DNA from: Antedon mediterranea
Lineage: Eukaryota > Animalia > Echinodermata
Length of the DNA: 64,000 nt
NCBI RefSeq assembly: GCF_964355755.1
Contig: NC_092671.1
Coordinates: 21,407,317 to 21,471,316 of the forward strand
Direction of reading: 5' to 3'
Shown piece by piece: positions 51,301-64,000 of the stretch; within the stretch, counting starts at the first letter, position 1; every line of letters begins with the position of its first letter. The notes beneath the pieces were generated by a model. That model did no database searches and was not told the DNA's origin. It was given only the letters and a program-made list of their open reading frames with translations. A program made the translations under genes and the position numbers.

Positions 51301-54300
51301 AAAACACCAAAGTGATTAGAATAGCTTCAAATCGCATTTGGAGACGTTTTAGACCATTTTGTGCATTTCGATGAAACTTGGTTACGCAAAAACATCAAAG
51401 TGCTTAAAATCACATTATAAACCGTTTTAGACCATTTTGAGCATATCGATAACACTTTTTACACAAAACGCTAAAGTGCTTAGAATAGCTTCAAATCGCA
51501 TTTGGAGACGTTTTAGACCATTTTGTGATTTTCGACAAAACTTTTTCACACAAAACACCAAAGTGCTTAGAATACCTTCAAATCGCATTTGGAGACGTTT
51601 TAGACCATTTTGTGCATTTCGATGAAACTTGGTTACGCAAAAACATCAAAGTGCTTAAAATCACATTATAAACCGTTTTAGACCATTTTGAGCATATCGA
51701 TAACACTTTTTACACAAAACGCTAAAGTGCTTAGAATAGCTTCAAATCGCATTTGGAGACGTTTTAGACCATTTTGTGATTTTCGACAAAACTTTTTCAC
51801 ACAAAACACCAAAGTGCTTAGAATACCTTCAAATCGCATTTGGAGACGTTTTAGACCATTTTGTGATTTTCGAAAAAACTTGTTAACATAAAAACATCAA
51901 AGTGTACAGAATAGCTTCAAATCGCATTTGGAGACGTTTTAGACCATTTTGTGATTTTCGAAAAAACTTGTTAACATAAAAACACCAAAGTGCTTAGAAT
52001 AGCTTCAAATCGCATTAGGAGACGTTTTAGACCATTTTGTGATTTTCGAAAAAACTTGTTAACATAAAAACACCAAAGTGCTTAGAATAGCTTCAAATCG
52101 CATTTGGAGACGTTTTAGACCATTTTGTGATTTTCGAAAAAACTTGTTAACATAAAAACACCAAAGTTCTTAAAATAGCTTCAAATCGCATTTGGAGACG
52201 TTTTAGACCATTTTGTGATTTTCGAAAAAACTTGTTAACATAAAAACACCAAAGTGTTTAGAAAAGCTTCAAATCGCATTTGGAGACGTTTTAGACCATT
52301 TTGGGATTTTTGAAAAAACTTGTTAACATAAAAACACCAAAGTGCTTAGAATAGCTTCAAATCGCATTTGGAGACGTTTTAGACCATTTTGTAATTTTCA
52401 AAAAAACTTGTTAACATAAAAACACCAAAGTTCTTAGAATAGCTTCAAATCGCATTTGGAGACGTTTTAGACCATTTTGTGCATTTCGATGAAACTTGGT
52501 TACACAAAAACATCAAAGTGCTTAAAATCACGTTATAAACCGTTTTAGACCATTTGAGCATTTCGATAACACTTTTCACACAAAAACATCAAAGGGCACA
52601 ATATAGCTTAATATCCTATTTAAAAACGTTTTAGACCATTTTGAGCATTTCGACAAAACTTTTTCACACAAAACACCAAAGTGCTTAGAATACCTTCAAA
52701 TCGCATTTGGAGACGTTTTAGACAATTTTGTGATTTTCGAAAAAACTTAACATAAAAACATCAAAGTTTACAGAATAGCTTCAAATCGCATTTGGAGACG
52801 TTTTAGACCATTTTGTGATTTTCGAAAAAACTTGTTAACATAAAAACACCAAAGTGCTTAGAATAGCTTCAAATCGCATTTGGAGACGTTTTAAACCATT
52901 TTGTGATTTTCGAAAAAACTTGTTAACATAAAAACACCAAAATGTTTAGAATAGCTTCAAATCGCATTTGGAGACGTTTTAGACCATTTTGTGATTTTCG
53001 AAAAAACTTGTTAACACAAAAACACCAAAGTGATTAGAATAGCTTCAAATCGCATTTGGAGACGTTTTAGACCATTTTGTGATTTTCGAAAAAACTTGTT
53101 AACATAAAAACACCAAAGTGATTAGAATAGCTTCAAATCGCATTTGGAGACGTTTTAGACCATTTTGTGCATTTCGAGGAAACTTGGTTACGCAAAAACA
53201 TCAAAGTGCTTAAAATCACATTATAAACCGTTTTAGACCATTTTGAGCATATCGATAACACTTTTTACACAAAACACCAAAGTGCTTAGAATAGCTTCAA
53301 ATCGCATTTGGAGACGTTTTAGACCATTTTGTGATTTTCGACAAAACTTTTTCACACAAAACACCAAAATGCTTAGAATACCTTCAAATCGCATTTGGAG
53401 AGGTTTTAGACCATTTTGTGATTTTCGAAAAAACTTGTTAACATAAAAACATCAAAGTGTACAGAATAGCTTCAAATCGCATTTGGAGACGTTTTAGACC
53501 ATTTTGTGATTTTCGAAAAAACTTGTTAACATAAAAACACCAAAGTGCTTAGAATAGCTTCAAATCGCATTAGGAGACGTTTTAGACCATTTTGTGATTT
53601 TCGAAAAACTTGTTAACATAAAAACACCAAAGTGCTTAGAATAGCTTCAAATCGCATTTGGAGACGTTTTAGACCATTTTGTGATTTTCGAAAAAACTTG
53701 TTAACATAAAAACACCAAAATGTTTAGAATAGCTTCAAATCGCATTTGGAGACGTTTTAGACCATTTTGTGATTTTCGAAAAAACTTGTTAACACAAAAA
53801 CACCAAAGTGATTAGAATAGCTTCAAATCGCATTTGGAGACGTTTTAGACCATTTTGTGCATTTCGATGAAACTTGGTTACGCAAAAACATCAAAGTGCT
53901 TAAAATCACATTATAAACCGTTTTAGACCATTTTGAGCATATCGATAACACTTTTCACACAAAAACATCAAAGAGCACAATATAGCTTAATATCGTATTT
54001 AAAAACGTTTTAGACCATTTTGAGCATTTCGACAAAACTTTTTCACACAAAACACCAAAGTGCTTAGAATAGCTTCAAATCGCATTTGGAGACGTTTTAG
54101 ACCATTTTGTGATTTTCGAAAAAACTTGTTAACATAAAAACATCAAAGGGCTAAGAATAGCTTCAAATCGCATTTGGAGACATTTTAGACCAATTAGTGA
54201 TTTTCGAAAAAACTTGGTTACACAAAAACATCAAAGTGGTTAAAATCACATTATAAACCGTTTTAGACCATTTTGAGCATTTCGATAACACTTTTTACAC

Positions 54301-57300
54301 AAAAACATCAAAGTGCTTAGAATAGCTTCAAATCGCATTTGGAGACGTTTTAGACCATTTTGTGATTTTTGAAAAAAACTTTTTAACATAAAAACACCAA
54401 ACTGCTAAGAATAGCTTCAAATCGCATATGGAGACAATTTAGACCATTTTGTGATTTTCGAAAAAACTTGTTAACATAAAAACACCAAAGTGCTTAGAAT
54501 ACCTTCAAATCGCATTTGGAGACGTTTTAGACCATTTTGTGATTTTCCAAAAAACTTGTTAACATAAAAACATCAAAGTGTACAGAATAGCTTCAAATCG
54601 CATTTGGAGACGTTTTAGACCATTTTGTGATTTTCGAAAAAACTTGTTAACATAAAAACACCAAAGTGCTTAGAATAGCTTCAAATCGCATTAGGAGACG
54701 TTTTAGACCATTTTGTGATTTTCGAAAAAACTTGTTAACATAAAAACACCAAAGTGCTTAGAATAGCTTCAAATCGCATTTGGAGACGTTTTAGACCATT
54801 TTGTGATTTTCGAAAAAACTTGTTAACATAAAAACACCAAAATGTTTAGAATAGCTTCAAATCACATTTGGAGACGTTTTAGACCATTTTGTGATTTTCG
54901 AAAAAACTTGTTAACACAAAAACACCAAAGTGATTAGAATAGCTTCAAATCGCATTTGGAGACGTTTTAGACCAATTTGTGCATTTCGATGAAACTTGGT
55001 TACGCAAAAACATCAAAGTGCTTAAAATCACATTATAAACCGTTTTAGACCATTTTGAGCATATCGATAACACTTTTCACACAAAAACATCAAAGAGCAC
55101 AATATAGCTTAATATCTTATTTAAAAACGTTTTAGACCATTTTGAGCATTTCGACAAAACTTTTTCACACAAAACACCAAAGTGCTTAGAATAGCTTCAA
55201 ATCGCATTTGGAGACGTTTTAGACCATTTTGTGATTTTCGAAAAAACTTGTTAACATAAAAACATCAAAGTGCTAAGAATAGCTTCAAATCGCATTTGGA
55301 GACATTTTAGACCAATTAGTGATTTTCGAAAAAACTTGGTTACATAAAAACATCAAAGTGGTTAAAATCACATTATAAACCGTTTTAGACCATTTTGAGC
55401 ATTTCGATAACACTTTTCACACAAAAACATCAAAGTGCTTAGAATAGCTTCAAATCGCATTTGGAGACGTTTTAGACCATTTTGTGATTTTCGAAAAAAA
55501 CTTTTTAACATAAAAACACCAAACTTCTAAGAATAGCTTCAAATCGCATATGGAGACAATTTAGACCATTTTGTGATTTTCGAAAAAACTTGTTAACATA
55601 AAAACACCAAAGTGCTAAGAATAGCTTCAAATCGCATATGGAGACAATTTAGACCATTTTGTGATTTTCGAAAAAACTTGTTAACATAAAAACACCAAAG
55701 TGCTTAGAATACCTTCAAATCGCATTTGGAGACGTTTAAGACCATTTTGTGATTTTCGAAAAAACTTGTTAACATAAAAACACCAAAGTGCTTAGAATAG
55801 CTTCAAATCGCATTTGGAGACGTTTTAGACCAATTTGTGATTTTCGAAAAAACTTGGTTACACAAAAACATCAAAGTGGATAAAAGCACATTATAAACCG
55901 TTTTAGACCATTTTGAGCATTTCGATAACACATTTCACACAAAAACATCAAAGAGCACAAAATAGCTTAATATCGTATTTAAAAACGTTTTAAACCATTT
56001 TGAGCATTTCGACAAAACTTTTTCACACAAAACACCAAAGTGTTTAGAAAAGCTTCAAATCGCATTTGGAGACGTTTTAGACCATTTTGTGATTTTCGAA
56101 AAAACTTGTTAACACAAAAACACCAAAGTGATTAGAATAGCTTCAAATCGCATTTGGAGACGTTTTAGACCATTTTGTGATTTTCGAAAAAACTTGTTAA
56201 CATAAAAACACCAAAGTGATTAGAATAGCTTCAAATCGCATTTGGAGACGTTTTAGACCATTTTGTGCATTTCGATGAAACTTGGTTACGCAAAAACATC
56301 AAAGTAATAATCACATTATAAACAGTTTTAGACCATTTTGAGCATATCGATAAAACTTTTTACACAAAACACCAAAGTGCTTAGAATAGCTTCAAATCGC
56401 ATTTGGAGACGTTTTAGACCATTTTGTGATTTTCGACAAAACTTTTTCACACAAAACACCAAAGTGCTTAGAATACCTTCAAATCGCATTTGGAGACGTT
56501 TTAGACCATTTTGTGATTTTCGAAAAAACTTGTTAACATAAAAACATCAAAGTGTACAGATTAGCTTCAAATCGCATTTGGAGACGTTTTAGACCATTTT
56601 GTGATTTTCGAAAAAACTTGTTAACATAAAAACACCAAAGTGCTTAGAATAGCTTCAAATCGCATTAGGAGACGTTTTAGACCATTTTGTTATTTTCGAA
56701 TAAACTTGTTAACATAAAAACACCAAAATGTTTAGAATAGCTTCAAATCGCATTTGGAGACGTTTTAGACCATTTTGTGATTTTCGAAAAAACTTGTTAA
56801 CATAAAAACACCAAAGTGCTTAGAATACCTTCAAATCGCATTTGGAGACGTTTTAGACCATTTTGTGATTTTCCAAAAAACTTGTTAACATAAAAACATC
56901 AAAGTGTACAGAATAGCTTCAAATCGCATTTGGAGACGTTTTAGACCATTTTGTGATTTTCGAAAAAACTTGTTAACATAAAAACACCAAAGTGCTTAGA
57001 ATAGCTTCAAATCGCATTAGGAGACGTTTTAGACCATTTTGTGATTTTCGAAAAAACTTGTTAACATAAAAACACCAAAGTGCTTAGAATAGCTTCAAAT
57101 CGCATTTGGAGACGTTTTAGACCATTTTGTGATTTTCGAAAAAACTTGTTAACATAAAAACACCAAAATGTTTAGAATAGCTTCAAATCACATTTGGAGA
57201 CGTTTTAGACCATTTTGTGATTTTCGAAAAAACTTGTTAACACAAAAACACCAAAGTGATTAGAATAGCTTCAAATCGCATTTGGAGACGTTTTAGACCA

Positions 57301-59345
57301 ATTTGTGCATTTCGATGAAACTTGGTTACGCAAAAACATCAAAGTGCTTAAAATCACATTATAAACCGTTTTAGACCATTTTGAGCATATCGATAACACT
57401 TTTCACACAAAAACATCAAAGAGCACAATATAGCTTAATATCTTATTTAAAAACGTTTTAGACCATTTTGAGCATTTCGACAAAACTTTTTCACACAAAA
57501 CACCAAAGTGCTTAGAATAGCTTCAAATCGCATTTGGAGACGTTTTAGACCATTTTGTGATTTTCGAAAAAACTTTTTAACATAAAAACACCAAACTGCT
57601 AAGAATAGCTTCAAATCGCATATGGAGACAATTTAGACCATTTTGTGATTTTCGAAAAAACTTGTTAACATAAAAACACCAAAGTGCTTAGAATACCTTC
57701 AAATCGCATTTGGAGACATTTTAGACCATTTTGTGATTTTCGAAAAAACTTGTTAACATAAAAACATCAAAGTGCTAAGAATAGCTTCCAATCGCATTTG
57801 TAGACGTTTTAGACCATTTTGTGATTTTCGAAAACAACTTGTTAACATAAAAACACCAAAGTGCTTAGAATAGCTTCAAATCGCATTTGGAGACGTTTTA
57901 GACCATTTTGTGATTTTCGAAAAAACTTGTTAACATAAAAACATCAAAGTGCTAAGAATAGCTTCAAATCGAATTTGGAGACATTTTAGACCAATTAGTG
58001 ATTTTCGAAAAAACTTGGTTACACAAAAACATCAAAGTGGTTAAAATCACATTATAAACCGTTTTAGACCATTTTGAGCATTTCGATAACACTTTTCACA
58101 CAAAAACATCAAAGTGCTTAGAATAGCTTCAAATCGCATTTGGAGACGTTTTAGACCATTTTGTGATTTTCGAAAAAAACTTTTTAACATAAAAACACCA
58201 AACTGCTAAGAATAGCTTCAAATCGCATATGGAGACAATTTAGACCATTTTGTGATTTTCGAAAAAACTTGTTAACATAAAAACACCAAAGTGCTTAGAA
58301 TACCTTCAAATCGCATTTGGAGACATTTTAGACCATTTTGTGATTTTCGAAAAAACTTGTTAACATAAAAACATCAAAGTGCTAAGAATAGCTTCCAATC
58401 GCATTTGGAGACGTTTTAGACCATTTTGTGATTTTCGAAAAAACTTGTTAACATAAAAACACCAAAGTGATTAGAATAGCTTCAAATCGCATTTGGAGAC
58501 GTTTTAGACCATTTTGTGCATTTCGATGAAACTTGGTTACGCAAAAACATCAAAGTGCTTAAAATCACATTATAAACCGTTTTAGACCATTTTGAGCATA
58601 TCGATAACACTTTTTACACAAAACACCAAAGTGCTTAGAATAGCTTCAAATCGCATTTGGAGACGTTTTAGACCATTTTGTGATTTTCGACAAAACTTTT
58701 TCACACAAAACACCAAAGTGCTTAGAATACCTTCAAATCGCATTTGGAGACGTTTTAGACCATTTTGTGATTTTCGAAAAAACTTGTTAACATAAAAACA
58801 TCAAAGTGTACAGAATAGCTTCAAATCGCATTTGGAGACGTTTTAGACCATTTTGTGATTTTCGAAAAAACTTGTTAACATAAAAACACCAAAGTGCTTA
58901 GAATAGCTTCAAATCGCATTTGGAGACGTTTTAGACCATTTTGTGATTTTCGAAAAAACTTGTTAACATAAAAACACCAAAGTGCTTAGAATAGCTTCAA
59001 ATCGCATTAGGAGACGTTTTAGACCATTTTGTGATTTTCGAAAAAACTTGTTAACATAAAAACACCAAAGTGCTTAGAATAGCTTCAAATCGCATTTGGA
59101 GACGTTTTAGACCATTTTGTGATTTTCGAAAAAACTTGTTAACATAAAAAAAACAAAGTTCTTAAAATAGCTTCAAATCGCATTTGGAGACGTTTTAGAC
59201 CATTTTGTGATTTTCGAAAAAACCTGTTAACATAAAAACACCAAAGTGTTTAGAAAAGCTTCAAATCGCATTTGGAGACGTTTTAGACCATTTTGGGATT
59301 TTCGAAAAAACTTGTTAACATAAAAACACCAAAGTGCTTAGAATA

Positions 59346-59422
59346 TGGCCGAGCGGTTAAGGCAGGGGCGCCGTTTATCGTACCTAAAGAGCCAACAACA
59401 ACATCGGCAAGGGTTCGAGGCC
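59346..59422 (+). promoter_or_regulatory. Pol III A/B box internal promoter of SINE copy 3
   Basis: Same boxes as copy 1. Confidence 0.75.
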
Positions 59423-59698
59423 GACTCGCTCCTAGTTCTGGTGGTGGAACAAGTCTTCTCGGATAAGGACTATAAACCGTAGGTCCAGTGTACACAGTTA
59501 TAACATGTGTGTACTTTAAAGAACCCAGTTCATTATTCGAAAAAGAGTAGGGGGTTACCCCGGTGAACTGGTTCACACAATAGCCTCTGTATCAGGGGGA
59601 TTACCACCTATCTGATAGGACAGTGATTAATTCACTATTGGTAATCCTTGGCCACAGTGCCTAAAGACATAAAATAAAATAAAAATAAATAAATAAAT
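59346..59698 (+). mobile_element. tRNA-derived SINE, copy 3
   Basis: Appears identical to copy 2 at offset 31388 (C at 59558). Same insertion point and tail. Confidence 0.9.
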
Positions 59699-62600
59699 AA
59701 TAGCTTCAAATCGCATTTGGAGACGTTTTAGACCATTTTGTAATTTTCAAAAAAACTTGTTAACATAAAAACACCAAAGTTCTTAGAATAGCTTCAAATC
59801 GCATTTGGAGACGTTTTAGACCATTTTGTGCATTTCGATGAAACTTGGTTACACAAAAACATCAAAGTGCTTAAAATCACATTATAAACCGTTTTAGACC
59901 ATTTGAGCATTTCGATAACACTTTTCACACAAAAACATCAAAGTTCACAATATAGCTTAATATCCTATTTAAAAACGTTTTAGACCATTTTGAGCATTTC
60001 GACAAAACTTTTTCACACAAAACACCAAAGTGCTTAGAATACCTTCAAATCGCATTTGGAGACGTTTTAGACAATTTTGTGATTTTCGAAAAAACTTGTT
60101 AACATAAAAACACCAAAGTTTACAGAATAGCTTCAAATCGCATTTGGAGACGTTTTAGACAATTTTGTGATTTTCGAAAAAACTTGTTAACATAAAAACA
60201 CCAAAGTGCTTAGAATAGCTTCAAATCGCATTGGGAGACGTTTTAGACCATTTTGTGATTTTCGAAAAAACTTGTTAACATAAAAACACCAAAGTGCTTA
60301 GAATAGCTTCAAATCGCATTTGGATACGTTTTAGACCATTTTGTGATTTTCGAAAAAACTTGTTAACATAAAAACGCCAAAGTTCTTAAAATAGCTTCAA
60401 ATCGCATTTGGAGACGTTTTAGACCATTTTGTGATTTTCGAAAAAACTTGTTAACATAAAAACACCAAAGTGTTTAGAAAAGCTTCAAATCGCATTTGGA
60501 GACGTTTTAGACCATTTTGGGATTTTTGAAAAAACTTGTTAACATAAAAACACCAAAGTGCTTAGAATAGCTTCAAATCGCATTTGGAGACGTTTTAGAC
60601 CATTTTGTAATTTTCAAAAAAACTTGTTAACATAAAAACACCAAAGTTCTTAGAATAGCTTCAAATCGCATTTGGAGACGTTTTAGACCATTTTGTGCAT
60701 TTCGATAAAACTTGGTTACACAAAAACATCAAAGTGCTTAAAATCACGTTATAAACCGTTTTAGACCATTTGAGCATTTCGATAACACTTTTCACACAAA
60801 AACATCAAAGGGCACAATATAGCTTAATATCCTATTTAAAAACGTTTTAGACCATTTTGAGCATTTCGACAAAACTTTTTCACACAAAACACCAAAGTGC
60901 TTAGAATACCTTCAAATCGCATTTGGAGACGTTTTAGACAATTTTGTGATTTTCGAAAAAACTTAACATAAAAACATCAAAGTTTACAGAATAGCTTCAA
61001 ATCGCTTTTGGAGACGTTTTAGACAATTTTGTGATTTTCGAAAAAACTTGTTAACATAAAAACACCAAAGTGCTTAGAATAGCTTCAAATCGCATTGGGA
61101 GACGTTTTAGACCATTTTGTGATTTTCGAAAAAACTTGTTAACATAAAAACATCAAAGTGTACAGAATAGCTTCAAATCGCATTTGGAGACGTTTTAGAC
61201 CATTTTGTGATTTTCGAAAAAACTTGTTAACATAAAAACACCAAAGTGCTTAGAATAGCTTCAAATCGCATTTGGAGACGTTTTAAACCATTTTGTGATT
61301 TTCGAAAAAACTTGTTAACATAAAAACACCAAAATGTTTAGAATAGCTTCAAATCGCATTTGGAGACGTTTTAGACCATTTTGTGATTTTCGAAAAAACT
61401 TGTTAACACAAAAACACCAAAGTGATTAGAATAGCTTCAAATCGCATTTGGAGACGTTTTAGACCATTTTGTGATTTTCGAAAAAACTTGTTAACATAAA
61501 AACACCAAAGTGATTAGAATAGCTTCAAATCGCATTTGGAGACGTTTTAGACCATTTTGTGCATTTCGATGAAACTTGGTTACGCAAAAACATCAAAGTG
61601 CTTAAAATCACATTATAAACCGTTTTAGACCATTTTGAGCATATCGATAACACTTTTTACACAAAACACCAAAGTGCTTAGAATAGCTTCAAATCGCATT
61701 TGGAGACGTTTTAGACCATTTTGTGATTTTCGACAAAACTTTTTCACACAAAACACCAAAGTGCTTAGAATACCTTCAAATCGCATTTGGAGACGTTTTA
61801 GACCATTTTGTGATTTTCGAAAAAACTTGTTAACATAAAAACATCAAAATGTTTAGAATAGCTTCAAATCACATTTGGAGACGTTTTAGACCATTTTGTG
61901 ATTTTCGAAAAAACTTGTTAACACAAAAACACCAAAGTGATTAGAATAGCTTCAAATCGCATTTGGAGACGTTTTAGACCAATTTGTGCATTTCGATGAA
62001 ACTTGGTTACGCAAAAACATCAAAGTGCTTAAAATCACATTATAAACCGTTTTAGACCATTTTGAGCATATCGATAACACTTTTCACACAAAAACATCAA
62101 AGAGCACAATATAGCTTAATATCTTATTTAAAAACGTTTTAGACCATTTTGAGCATTTCGACAAAACTTTTTCACACAAAACACCAAAGTGCTTAGAATA
62201 GCTTCAAATCGCATTTGGAGACGTTTTAGACCATTTTGTGATTTTCGAAAAAACTTGTTAACATAAAAACATCAAAGTGCTAAGAATAGCTTCAAATCGC
62301 ATTTGGAGACATTTTAGACCAATTAGTGATTTTCGAAAAAACTTGGTTACACAAAAACATCAAAGTGGTTAAAATCACATTATAAACCGTTTTAGACCAT
62401 TTTGAGCATTTCGATAACACTTTTCACACAAAAACATCAAAGTGCTTAGAATAGCTTCAAATCGCATTTGGAGACGTTTTAGACCATTTTGTGATTTTCG
62501 AAAAAAACTTTTTAACATAAAAACACCAAACTTCTAAGAATAGCTTCAAATCGCATATGGAGACAATTTAGACCATTTTGTGATTTTCGAAAAAACTTGT

Positions 62601-64000
62601 TAACATAAAAACACCAAAGTGCTAAGAATAGCTTCAAATCGCATATGGAGACAATTTAGACCATTTTGTGATTTTCGAAAAAACTTGTTAACATAAAAAC
62701 ACCAAAGTGCTTAGAATACCTTCAAATCGCATTTGGAGACGTTTAAGACCATTTTGTGATTTTCGAAAAAACTTGTTAACATAAAAACACCAAAGTGCTT
62801 AGAATAGCTTCAAATCGCATTTGGAGACGTTTTAGACCAATTTGTGATTTTCGAAAAAACTTGGTTACACAAAAACATCAAAGTGGATAAAAGCACATTA
62901 TAAACCGTTTTAGACCATTTTGAGCATTTCGATAACACATTTCACACAAAAACATCAAAGAGCACAAAATAGCTTAATATCGTATTTAAAAACGTTTTAA
63001 ACCATTTTGAGCATTTCGACAAAACTTTTTCACACAAAACACCAAAGTGTTTAGAAAAGCTTCAAATCGCATTTGGAGACGTTTTAGACCATTTTGGGAT
63101 TTTCGAAAAAACTTGTTAACATAAAAACACCAAAGTGCTTAGAATAGCTTCAAATCGCATTTGAAGACGTTTTAGACCATTTTGTAATTTTCGAAAAAAC
63201 TTGTTAACATAAAAACACCAAAATGTTTAGAATAGCTTCAAATCGCATTTGGAGACGTTTTAGACCATTTTGTGATTTTCGAAAAAACTTGTTAACACAA
63301 AAACACCAAAGTGATTAGAATAGCTTCAAATCGCATTTGGAGACGTTTTAGACCATTTTGTGATTTTCGAAAAAACTTGTTAACATAAAAACACCAAAGT
63401 GATTAGAATAGCTTCAAATCGCATTTGGAGACGTTTTAGACCATTTTGTGCATTTCGATGAAACTTGGTTACGCAAAAACATCAAAGTAATAATCACATT
63501 ATAAACAGTTTTAGACCATTTTGAGCATATCGATAAAACTTTTTACACAAAACACCAAAGTGCTTAGAATAGCTTCAAATCGCATTTGGAGACGTTTTAG
63601 ACCATTTTGTGATTTTCGACAAAACTTTTTCACACAAAACACCAAAGTGCTTAGAATACCTTCAAATCGCATTTGGAGACGTTTTAGACCATTTTGTGAT
63701 TTTCGAAAAAACTTGTTAACATAAAAACATCAAAGTGTACAGATTAGCTTCAAATCGCATTTGGAGACGTTTTAGACCATTTTGTGATTTTCGAAAAAAC
63801 TTGTTAACATAAAAACACCAAAGTGCTTAGAATAGCTTCAAATCGCATTAGGAGACGTTTTAGACCATTTTGTTATTTTCGAAAAAACTTGTTAACATAA
63901 AAACACCAAAATGTTTAGAATAGCTTCAAATCGCATTTGGAGACGTTTTAGACCATTTTGTGATTTTCGAAAAAACTTGTTAACATAAAAACACCAAAGT

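Larger units (their letters stand above)
1..64000 (+). repeat. Tandem satellite DNA array, 88-bp consensus monomer A (AAAGTGCTTAGAATAGCTTCAAATCGCATTTGGAGACGTTTTAGACCATTTTGTGATTTTCGAAAAAACTTGTTAACATAAAAACACC) with B and C variants; candidate (peri)centromeric satellite
   Basis: Head-to-tail repeats from the first to the last base, all in the same orientation. Monomer length counted directly (e.g. 1-88). Interrupted only by three 353-bp inserts. The centromeric role is inferred from size, AT-richness and higher-order organisation. Confidence 0.98.
43210..64000 (+). repeat. Large near-identical block duplicating ~11820-32612 (constant offset 31388)
   Basis: ORF-track offsets 13757->45145, 16612->48000, 20049->51437, 27895->59283 and 32133->63521 are all exactly 31388. 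Confidence 0.95.

Noticed and set aside
9237-59702. Site-specific, repeated targeting of the satellite by the SINE
   Set aside because: Identical truncation, tail and kilobases of flanking haplotype indicate one insertion duplicated with the array.
1156-63724. Repeated 62-67 aa ORFs (MSISI...)
   Set aside because: These are translations of satellite monomers that start at TTG. They are open only because 87-bp monomers keep frame and skip the TAA in GTTAACATAA. No gene context.
1-64000. CRISPR-like array
   Set aside because: No unique spacers: the whole 88-bp unit repeats, and there are no cas genes or leader.
1-64000. Naming the species or a known satellite family
   Set aside because: I cannot identify it reliably without a database search. 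The SINE domain suggests only an animal, probably an invertebrate.

Overview
The window is almost entirely one uninterrupted, single-orientation, AT-rich eukaryotic satellite DNA array of roughly 700-750 monomers. It has an 88-bp main monomer (A) and two recurrent derivatives, a ~77-bp B and an 87-bp C. These are arranged in nested higher-order blocks with offsets of 251 bp, 859 bp, 2.16 kb, 7.5 kb, ~18.8 kb and 31.4 kb. The only non-satellite sequence is a 353-bp tRNA-derived SINE, present three times (9241, 27958, 59346) at the same monomer position with the same private flanking variants. It carries Pol III A and B boxes, a central domain I recognise as Deu/Nin-like, a structured 3' end and an (AAAT)n tail. 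This pattern indicates one insertion later multiplied by large array duplications. The region looks like (peri)centromeric DNA of an animal, probably an invertebrate (inference). There are no credible protein-coding genes and no CRISPR array. I cannot support a new gene-based system. The most interesting signals are the satellite-embedded Pol III unit and the readable duplication history of the array.
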